Shown: positions 15,274 to 22,470 of the stretch, in pieces
Layout: each line of letters starts with the position of its first letter
Position numbering within the stretch: the stretch's first letter is position 1
Origin: Clostridia bacterium DTU025
GTDB lineage: Bacteria > Bacillota > DTU025
Direction of reading: 5' to 3'
DNA: 32,000 bases
Assembly: GCA_001513145.1 (NCBI GenBank)
Contig: LFSP01000007.1
Coordinates: forward strand, 1 to 32,000
Program-made: the position numbers and the translations under genes
The notes under the pieces: model-generated
What the model saw: the letters and a program-made list of their open reading frames with translations, nothing else
Told to the model about the DNA's origin: nothing
The model's database searches: none

Positions 15274-17340
15274 TCAGTTCCTGCCGATGTTCCACGGCAT
15301 CGAATCGATCCAGGAGGCAAGCTGGTCTAGGACATATTGACGCACACGGGACCCGATAAGTTTCGCAAGCAGGTCACCTTGTGCGGAAAAGTCGCCGGCA
15401 GGCTGGCCATCCTGGCCCGCTGCCTTCGCAAGCTCGAGCTGGATGTCGCCGAGCTCCCCGAAGGCGGTGACCAGAACGTCGTCGCCGCCCAGGCTCTCGA
15501 CGATGGTCAGCGCGAACCGCGGCGCGGCGCCGGGCTCCATCGTCGCCTGCCCGCCCAGGACGCGGAGGGTTTGCCCGGAGACCGCGATCTGCCCCTCGCC
15601 AAGGCCCACCTGGCCTTCGAAGGTGGGGTTGCGCAGGCTCCCCGCCACACGCACCTCCGAGCCTGGCATCACCTCAGCCCAGGTTTCTCCCCGCTCCACC
15701 GTGAGAGCCTCGCCGGCCCTCAGCGTGACGTCGACGGCGATGTCTGGAATGGTCGGCACGGAGGAGAAGCCGGCCGTCACGGCGTCGATGGTACCGTCTC
15801 CGACGGTTATCGCTCCGGCCACTGAGCCCTGGGCGTAGGAAAGGCTGGCATCAACCACGGCGTTCAGGAGCTGATGGGACAGGCTGACTTGGCCGGCCTC
15901 AAGGCTCCAACAGTCGCCAGCTCCTTCGACTCTGACACTGCCCCCGCCGAAGTCCGCCTGAAGCGTTGCAGAGCCCAGAGCGATGGTTGGATCAGGCTCG
16001 TGGCCCGCCTGAGCAGCCGCGGCTCCTCCGTCGAACTTCAGTGAGCCACGCACCTTCGAGAACGTGCCCTCAACGCCCTCCACCTCCAGCTCGCCGTCGG
16101 CCAGCTGGAGCTCGCCTGCGAGCCCGGAGGCGTCCACTTTCAGCTGGGCCCTCCAATCCAGCCACCCTCGGACCATCTCCGCCGATGCGCCGGCCCCGCT
16201 TTCAGGCAGCAGGGGTCTTGCGGCGTCCAAGATCCGGTCCAGGCCGGTCTTGCCCCCGTCCAGGCGCGCGAGGCCCGACTCTCCGTCGTATCTGACGTCC
16301 GCCCGTAGCTTCCAGTCTTCAAGTTCAATGGAATCCCACTTGAGGGACGAGACCTCCACGTCGCCGCCAGCCTGCACCAGCGGCCTGCCGCCCTTCAGCC
16401 GGGCGTCAAGCTCTCCGACGAAGCCCAGCTCCGCGTGGCCCTCTGGGCCCGTGATGCGCATGTCGAGCCTGTCGTCAGAGGACTCGCTCAGCTTGAGCGC
16501 TCCCTGGACAGTCAACCCGCCTCCACCTGCGACATCGAACCGCACGTCAGCGGCGGCCAGAGACTCAAGCCCGAGGGGCAGGCGCAGCTGCACGGCCCCC
16601 TCAAGCTGCCACTGGCTTGCAGCGATGCTCGCCGTGTCAACCGCCAGGATGAAGCCGCCCTCGCCGGACCGAGCCTGATCCAGAGCCAGTTCGGCGCTGC
16701 GCACCGCCACAGGCCCGAACCGATGGGTCACAATGACGCAGTCGTACAGGCCGATCGGAGCGTTCCACCCCGCCAGGTAGCTCGACCCGCCGCGCGCGCC
16801 AACGTTCTTCGGCTGCTTCTTCGGCGCTGCGGGCCCGGCGCCGGCGTCGGCCCGTGCGCCGTCGGATCCCCCGGCCTCAGTCGAGGCCACCGACGCCGCC
16901 ACTCCCGCATCCGCCAGCCTCCGGCCCAGGGCATACAGTTGGTCCTCGTGGCCGCGGAACCCGTGGAGGTCCACCCTGACCACGCTGGCCAGAGGGTCGA
17001 CCCTCCCGGAGATGAAGTCCGCCAGGTCGTACGTGATGGCAACCGTGTCGACGCTGATGCCGCCGTGAGCGCCCCGGCCACCGTGACCGCCCTGGCGGCC
17101 CTCGGCGCAGGCCTTGCCGCCGTCACCAGCTTCGATGGTGACGCCTTTCAGCTTGAGCTGGCGACCGTCGATCACCGCCACCTCAGCGACGTCAACCTCC
17201 GCGCCACCCAACAGCGCAGACAGCACTGACTCAGCCGCCACCGCGCCCAGCCACGTTCTATTCTTCACGATACACGCGCCGGCTGCAACTGCCAACACAA
17301 GCAGCGTCAGGCACACGATGCGCCCTCGCCTCATCCGCAT
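15274..17340 (-). CDS. TamB/AsmA-like translocation and assembly module protein (short form)
   Basis: About 688 aa from the ATG at 17340. N-terminal signal anchor RIVCLTLLVLAVAAGACIV. The rest is long, repetitive Gly/Ala/Val/Asp beta-rich sequence typical of TamB/DUF490. It sits immediately upstream of bamA, as in other OM clusters. Confidence 0.55.
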   Translation of the reverse strand: MRMRRGRIVCLTLLVLAVAAGACIVKNRTWLGAVAAESVLSALLGGAEVDVAEVAVIDGRQLKLKGVTIEAGDGGKACAEGRQGGHGGRGAHGGISVDTVAITYDLADFISGRVDPLASVVRVDLHGFRGHEDQLYALGRRLADAGVAASVASTEAGGSDGARADAGAGPAAPKKQPKNVGARGGSSYLAGWNAPIGLYDCVIVTHRFGPVAVRSAELALDQARSGEGGFILAVDTASIAASQWQLEGAVQLRLPLGLESLAAADVRFDVAGGGGLTVQGALKLSESSDDRLDMRITGPEGHAELGFVGELDARLKGGRPLVQAGGDVEVSSLKWDSIELEDWKLRADVRYDGESGLARLDGGKTGLDRILDAARPLLPESGAGASAEMVRGWLDWRAQLKVDASGLAGELQLADGELEVEGVEGTFSKVRGSLKFDGGAAAAQAGHEPDPTIALGSATLQADFGGGSVRVEGAGDCWSLEAGQVSLSHQLLNAVVDASLSYAQGSVAGAITVGDGTIDAVTAGFSSVPTIPDIAVDVTLRAGEALTVERGETWAEVMPGSEVRVAGSLRNPTFEGQVGLGEGQIAVSGQTLRVLGGQATMEPGAAPRFALTIVESLGGDDVLVTAFGELGDIQLELAKAAGQDGQPAGDFSAQGDLLAKLIGSRVRQYVLDQLASWIDSMPWNIGRN

Positions 17341-17451
17341 CACCACGATCCTACATACGCGACACGCGCCCCACATACCTGCCTCTAGCTGGGCGTTAAT
17401 CGGGGGAAACTGGGGAACTGCTTGCCGAGCCAGGCTGAGCCCGCCTGGTAT

Positions 17452-17503
17452 GCAAGAAAATGCCGGGGCGACGCGGAGCCCAAGCCCCGCACCGCCCCGG
17501 CAT
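17452..17503 (-). terminator. Rho-independent terminator downstream of the S55 protease gene
   Basis: Perfect 11-bp arms: ATGCCGGGGCG (17460..17470) and CGCCCCGGCAT (17493..17503). On the minus strand the hairpin is followed directly by TTTTCTT. It lies 19 nt after the stop at 17522. Confidence 0.7.
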
Positions 17504-17521
17504 ATGGCTGCAGCAGACGCG

Positions 17522-19339
17522 CTACGCGGGATCCGACTCGTCCAGAGAGCCCGCTACGATCTCTCCGTCCACCCAGGTGCTGCCCTCCACGAACCACTCG
17601 GTACGCACCCTGGTCACAGGCAGCTCCCTGTTGCCCGCGTCCTGCTCCGACCGCTCATCGCCTTCCTCGTTGGCACCCGCCTCGGGTGCACGCTGCGCCT
17701 CCTTCATCTCATCGGAGACCTCCACGGGCTTCGATCCCTTCTCCGTCTTCAGCGGCAGTCCATACTCCTCCGACATGAACGGGTCGTCGAGGAAATAGTG
17801 CTCCATGCGGACCACGATCTCGTCTCCCCTGGGAGCAGACGCCAGCTCCGCCAGGAGCTCATCGATGGGCAGGTACAGCAGGCGCTCCATCTCATCCTCG
17901 CCATCGTCCAAGTCGTCTTCGGTGGAGCCTCCCCCACTGATCAAGAACGACACCGGCCCTTCGATCATGTCTTCAGGGATCTGAACCTGGACCGCCCTGG
18001 TGACAAGCTCCCCGCGATACCGGCGCAGCTGCACCTCTATTTCGAACACGCCGCCCGGAGCCACTTCAGGGGTGAGGGCGCGGGCGCCCACTATCCTGGC
18101 GGTCCTCCTGCCCGTCTCCACCTGAACGTCCACGCTGATGGACCTGACCGATGCCTCCTCCGCGGCGTTGCCTACGATGAGGCCAAGGGCCCTCGCGGCG
18201 ACGTCTACCACCTCGTAGCAGATGTCGGAATCGCTCCACACCACGTCCGACCTGCGCAGAGGCTCGTGCCCGTCAAGCTCTATGACGTACTCGAGCTCCG
18301 CGGTGCCCGGTCCGATCCTGTCGATGGCCTGGTCGACTCCGCCCACTGCGACGGTGAAGAACAGGTCATCGATGAGCGGCTCAGAACTGGCGATCTTCGA
18401 GGACGTTATGACCGCCGCGCCGGTGTCGTCGCCCTTGACCGTGACGGTGACCGGGACCATCGAGGCTTCCCTGCCGGCGACTCCCGCCGCACCATACAGC
18501 CTGTCCTGAGTGAAGGCGCCGATCTCCTTGAGGGCAGACACGACCTTGAACGGCACCACGTCGCTCCTGACGATGGTGTGCACCGCGGCCCCGGAGGCCT
18601 GAAGGTCCACCTGGCCAGCTGTGAGCACCGGGTGGCCGAAGGCGAGGAACCTGTCGCCGTCAGTGTATGTGACCGTTCCGAAAAGCCCGGCCCCGACGTC
18701 CCCCGTGATGAGCTGCATCCCCACCATGGCGCCAGGCACCAGCCTGTACTCGGACTCCGCCTGAGGCTCTGCTCCGGGGCCGAACCCGCCGGCGGCAGGC
18801 ATGACCTTGAGCCCGCGCTGAGCCATGACGTCCGACAGGCGGCCAAGAGCCCTCGGCGATAGCCCGGACACGTACACGGTGCCTGAGGCGGCAGCGGCAG
18901 GCATCTCCTGCAATTGCGAATCGTCGGGGTACTCCAGCATCTTTAGCATGTCGCCGATGGGTGTGACCCCTGCGATGTAGTGGTCGCTGCTGGGGAACAC
19001 GTAGGCGACGGCGCCTATGAGTCTGCCGTCCACGTACACCGGGCTGCCGCTCATCCCTTCCGCGACGCCCCCGGCCTCCTCGATCCTTGGGCCAGATGCC
19101 CTCACCAGTATCAGGCTTCCCGGGCTCGAGCCCCTGGACAGCACCGCCACGATCTCCACATCGAATTGCTCCGGCTCAACCCCTCTGAAAACCGTGAGGC
19201 CGTAGCCTTTCATGCCCGGCGCAAGCTCGTCCACACCCATGGTAGGCGTCGACGCCGCAGCTTGCAGCGAGCCTGCTCCCAACAACAGTATCGCCATAAT
19301 CAGACAAGCGAGGGTCGTTCGAATCTTGAAATAACCCAC
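17522..19339 (-). CDS. Peptidase S55 (SpoIVB-family) serine protease, long form
   Basis: EPEQFDVEIVAVLSRG...LILVRASGPRIEEAGGVAEGMSGSPVYVDGRLIGAVAYVF aligns by eye with B. subtilis SpoIVB EKFDIEIVST...[26 protein letters not shown]. A later segment, GTVTYTDGDRFLAFGHPV, resembles SpoIVB GTMTFY...YGALGHVI. The track start is GTG at 19387. GTG at 19339 (MGYFKIRTTLACLIMAILLLGAG, a signal peptide) follows GGGAGGGGG and is preferred. Confidence 0.7.
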   Translation of the reverse strand: MGYFKIRTTLACLIMAILLLGAGSLQAAASTPTMGVDELAPGMKGYGLTVFRGVEPEQFDVEIVAVLSRGSSPGSLILVRASGPRIEEAGGVAEGMSGSPVYVDGRLIGAVAYVFPSSDHYIAGVTPIGDMLKMLEYPDDSQLQEMPAAAASGTVYVSGLSPRALGRLSDVMAQRGLKVMPAAGGFGPGAEPQAESEYRLVPGAMVGMQLITGDVGAGLFGTVTYTDGDRFLAFGHPVLTAGQVDLQASGAAVHTIVRSDVVPFKVVSALKEIGAFTQDRLYGAAGVAGREASMVPVTVTVKGDDTGAAVITSSKIASSEPLIDDLFFTVAVGGVDQAIDRIGPGTAELEYVIELDGHEPLRRSDVVWSDSDICYEVVDVAARALGLIVGNAAEEASVRSISVDVQVETGRRTARIVGARALTPEVAPGGVFEIEVQLRRYRGELVTRAVQVQIPEDMIEGPVSFLISGGGSTEDDLDDGEDEMERLLYLPIDELLAELASAPRGDEIVVRMEHYFLDDPFMSEEYGLPLKTEKGSKPVEVSDEMKEAQRAPEAGANEEGDERSEQDAGNRELPVTRVRTEWFVEGSTWVDGEIVAGSLDESDPA

Positions 19340-19379
19340 GGAAAAACCGCCCCCTCCCTGACGCCCCGCGTCCTTTCTA

Positions 19380-20351
19380 TCATACACTGACGGACGCGTT
19401 TGTCACCCGGGAAATCCCGCACTCGGCGATGGCGACCAGGCCCCTGGCCGCCGCGAGTTGAGGCTCAGGCGCGATGATACAGCTTATCCCTGCAGCCTCG
19501 CCGATCCTTGCCGCGCACGGGTACTGAAGCGCACCGCCTCCGGCGACGACGGCGCTGCGAGCCTCACATAGCAGGCCTGCAGCCTTCACCGCATCGGCGA
19601 TGGCGTCAGCCACGCCCTCCACCGCCTCGTCGATGAGCTCCACAGGAACGGACACATCCACCGGGAGCCGGGTCTCCACGTGCATCCCGCGGGCCGAAAG
19701 CTCGGCCTGGTTCGGGCTGAAACCGTTCCTGGCCTCCCGCACTCGCCTGGCTTCGCCTTGGCCGAGCCTGACCATCATACGCTCCCTGACCGCGAGCTGA
19801 AGGCGACGGTCCGCGCATTCCATGCCTGCGCGAACCGCAACGCTCCAGGCCGGGGAGCCCCCGCGTATCAGGGCGATGTCGGTCCGCCTGGCGCCTATGT
19901 CGACGACCAGGGTGTCGCCTGCTGGCGCGCCGGCGTCGACCCATATGGCCACGGTGGAATGAACGACCCCGGCCGGCATCAGGCCTGCGTCAGCCACAAG
20001 CTGAACCATGCTGCGCAGGCACAGCGGCCCGGGCGCTGAAGGCGCCTGCAGCACCGCTCTGGGCTTGGCCATGCGCAGGGTGCCGCACACGGTGCGAGCC
20101 AGGGCACTGAGGACGTAGAGGGCCAGATGGCGCTGGCCGCCATGGTGCCAGGGACCTACCGGAGCCAGGTAGTATCGATCGGGGCTCGCCTCAAACAGCA
20201 GGGCGGCACGGCGCCCCCAGGCCACAGGCCATCCTGACTCCACGTCGATGGCCACCACGGCAGGCTCCCAAACGACGACTCCGCGCCCGGGAGCAACTGC
20301 AACCACGTTCGCGGAGCCAAGATCCAGCCCGATCTCGAATTGTCGTCGCAT
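19380..20351 (-). CDS. Divergent MreB/Mbl-like actin-fold protein with a degenerate nucleotide-binding loop
   Basis: [29 protein letters not shown] matches MreB [41 protein letters not shown] stands where MreB has [23 protein letters not shown] matches IVLTGGGALL. The ATG at 20351 has RBS GGAGGAGG. Position downstream of spoIIID equals the mbl position in Bacillus. Confidence 0.65.
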   Translation of the reverse strand: [323 protein letters not shown]

Positions 20352-20370
20352 CGAGCCTCCTCCACATGCG

Positions 20371-20628
20371 TCAAGTGATCTTGCGAGCCTTGTACTTGCG
20401 TCGCGTGGCCTCCCCACCCCTGATGTGACGCTCTGCCTTGTTCTGGTCGAGGATGAGCTTCACCGCCGAGGCGAGCTGCTTGTTAATGGAAGGCAGCCTC
20501 TCCGTCACGTCCTTGTGGACAGTGCTCTTACTGACGTTGAACAGGCGGGCCGTCTGCCTGACCGTAGCCCTGGTCTGGAGCATGTGATCTGTGATCTCCA
20601 GTACGCGCCGACGGATGTGGTCCCTCAT
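20371..20628 (-). CDS. spoIIID: Stage III sporulation protein D (SpoIIID), small HTH transcription factor
   Basis: 85 aa. MRDHIRRRVLEITDHMLQTRATVRQTARLFNVSKSTVHKDVTERLPSIN...AERHIRGGEATRRKY is near-canonical SpoIIID. Confidence 0.9.
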   Translation of the reverse strand: MRDHIRRRVLEITDHMLQTRATVRQTARLFNVSKSTVHKDVTERLPSINKQLASAVKLILDQNKAERHIRGGEATRRKYKARKIT

Positions 20629-20658
20629 GCAGAGCCCGGCCTCCTCCCTGCCGTTTGG

Positions 20659-20692
20659 TAGATATGTATTCCAGCAAAGGAGGATTATTCAC
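20659..20692 (-). promoter_or_regulatory. AT-rich patch upstream of spoIIID with sigma-E-like elements (GAATAAT ... ATACATATC on the minus strand)
   Basis: The minus strand reads GTGAATAATCCTCCTTTGCTGGAATACATATCTACC, 30-60 nt upstream of the spoIIID ATG. It loosely resembles the mother-cell sigma-E consensus (ATA-rich -35, CATACA-T -10). spoIIID is sigma-E dependent in Bacillus. Confidence 0.3.
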
Positions 20693-20715
20693 GCCACACG
20701 GGCTCACAGGTTGCG

Positions 20716-21333
20716 TCAGATGTGGTCGTCGGGGTTCTGCGGTTCGCCAGCCTGGATCAGCTTGAAATCCAGCACGGCGCGGCCCGGCTCCGACGGTAGT
20801 TGGCCCAATGGAGCGCCGGCTGACACGCGAACGCCGGGGGTGACCTCCACCTTCTCAAGCGGGCTGTAACATGTTTCAAAGTCGTTCGAATGTTTGATCC
20901 TGACCTCATACCCGCCGCTTGCTGCCGAAACGGCGTCCGCCGCCTTCACCGGCACCGCGTTCACCGCGTCCACCGTGCCGGCAGCTGAAGCCCTGACCGT
21001 GCTGGAGGGCGGGGCCTGTATCCTCACACCGTCCCTGTAGCGCCACTCGCCGGAAAGCAGATCCCTGTGCCATCCGAAGGCGCCCACCAGCGTCCCTTCC
21101 ACCGGCCAGGAGAACGCGGGCGGAGGTTCGTCCACCGAGGCGCCGGGCCCGAGCATGTCGGTAACGACGGTGGCCAGAGACTCCACGTCGGATTCAGGCG
21201 CGTCAGCCGTCTGCCGTGACCAGTAAGCCTCGTACGCCAAGCGGAGCGCGGCTCCCAGGAGCACACACGCCAGCGCCCCGGCCACCAGTCCCAGCGCGCG
21301 CCGGTTGAGCTTCCATTTTCTGAGCCGTATCAC
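20716..21333 (-). CDS. SpoIIQ-like membrane-anchored protein with a degenerate LytM (M23) domain
   Basis: 205 aa. GTG start at 21333 with a GAGGTGA RBS. TM anchor ALGLVAGALACVLLGAALRLA. The LytM-like core has RDGVRI where M23 has HxGxD, and VLDFKL where M23 has HLHFE, so the metal ligands appear lost. The position between spoIID and spoIIID matches spoIIQ in Bacillus. Confidence 0.55.
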   Translation of the reverse strand: MIRLRKWKLNRRALGLVAGALACVLLGAALRLAYEAYWSRQTADAPESDVESLATVVTDMLGPGASVDEPPPAFSWPVEGTLVGAFGWHRDLLSGEWRYRDGVRIQAPPSSTVRASAAGTVDAVNAVPVKAADAVSAASGGYEVRIKHSNDFETCYSPLEKVEVTPGVRVSAGAPLGQLPSEPGRAVLDFKLIQAGEPQNPDDHI

Positions 21334-21354
21334 AGTCCATCACCTCAGGTGGTA

Positions 21355-22362
21355 TTATTGCCCGAGGTTCTGTGATAATACGCGCTCCAGCGTCGCGCCG
21401 GGGTAATAATGCGCCAGGATCTGTTGGAAGGACCATCCCCGAAGGGCATAGGCGTGGGCTCCCCACTGGCACATGCCGACCCCGTGGCCGTAACCTACGG
21501 TGGTGAAGTGCACGGTGTCACCGGAGTTGGTCACCGTCATCGCGGTGGATCTCAGCGCCAGCGCCTTCCTGAGGTCGGTGGCTTTGACCACAGCGCCAAA
21601 CACCGAAAGGGTCTTCGCCCGATTGGTGGCCGTGGTGGACAACACCTGGACTCCGCCGGACATAGCAGGCACTGCCCCCTGCAGCAAGCCCGGCGCCGTC
21701 ATCGCAAGCAGATCCGACCTCTTCACAGATACCGTGTGGACCTGTGCAAACCCATACTCGGCGCAGACGCACCTCACCGCAACCAGGTACGGCACGCTCC
21801 TGCCCCAGACTTCCGATGCGTGCTCGGTGGCACCCCCGCAGCACGCGTGGTAGACAGAGTCGATGAGCTCGCCCCCATGCTTCAGGGCCAGCCCTGCGGT
21901 GGACCTTACCGCTTGGACCACTTTGACGACGTTCTTGACGTAGTCGGCGCTGCCCCACTGGAGCAGTAGCTCCTCCCTGGACTTCCACGCCTGACAGCAT
22001 CCGGGATCAGAACACAACACGGCGCCGCGGTGGCTCGCGGGCAGGTCCGCGGGCCCCGGAGCCGCGGAGAGCCGTCTGAGGGTGTAAGTGCGCGCAGCCA
22101 CGGCCTGGGCTTTGAGGGCCTCCACCTCGAAGGCCGCCGGCATCTCAGCGGCGACCACCCCCACCAGGTAGTCTTCAAGTGGAATACGAATAACGCTCCC
22201 TGAAGATTGGACGTGAAGCGACACGTAAAGCTCCCTACCGGCGGGGGGCTGCGGTGCTTTCACCAAGACGGCGATACCTGCGGGCAGGACCACGGTGACG
22301 AACGCGCAGACGGCCACAAGGACGTTTAGGCCCGCTCCTGACGAGCGGCTCCTTGTGGCCAT
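21355..22362 (-). CDS. spoIID: Stage II sporulation protein D (SpoIID/LytB-domain lytic transglycosylase)
   Basis: The blocks EDYLVGVVAAEMPAAFEVEALKAQAVAARTY, AVYHACCGGATE and GYGHGVGMCQWGA are SpoIID hallmarks. The ATG at 22362 has RBS GGGAGGTG 6 nt upstream; the track start at 22380 is a TTG. Confidence 0.85.
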   Translation of the reverse strand: MATRSRSSGAGLNVLVAVCAFVTVVLPAGIAVLVKAPQPPAGRELYVSLHVQSSGSVIRIPLEDYLVGVVAAEMPAAFEVEALKAQAVAARTYTLRRLSAAPGPADLPASHRGAVLCSDPGCCQAWKSREELLLQWGSADYVKNVVKVVQAVRSTAGLALKHGGELIDSVYHACCGGATEHASEVWGRSVPYLVAVRCVCAEYGFAQVHTVSVKRSDLLAMTAPGLLQGAVPAMSGGVQVLSTTATNRAKTLSVFGAVVKATDLRKALALRSTAMTVTNSGDTVHFTTVGYGHGVGMCQWGAHAYALRGWSFQQILAHYYPGATLERVLSQNLGQ

Positions 22363-22395
22363 GCACAACACCTCCCGCAAGTGACGCCGTCCTAG

Positions 22396-22403
22396 ATACT
22401 ATG
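22396..22403 (-). promoter_or_regulatory. Candidate sigma-E-type -10 element CATAGTAT upstream of spoIID
   Basis: The minus strand reads GGACTGCATAGTATCTAGG, about 35 nt upstream of the spoIID ATG and just downstream of the murA terminator. It resembles the CATACA-T consensus. The -35 region overlaps the terminator T-tract. Confidence 0.25.
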
Positions 22404-22413
22404 CAGTCCGACG

Positions 22414-22442
22414 ACGAAAAAGACGCCTCCACGAGGGAGGCG
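22414..22442 (-). terminator. Rho-independent terminator downstream of murA
   Basis: The minus strand reads CGCCTCC-ctcgt-GGAGGCG (7-bp stem) followed by TCTTTTTCG. It lies 29 nt after the murA stop at 22471. Confidence 0.7.
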
Positions 22443-22470
22443 CCTCCACTGTGCTCGGATCTCGGAGGCT

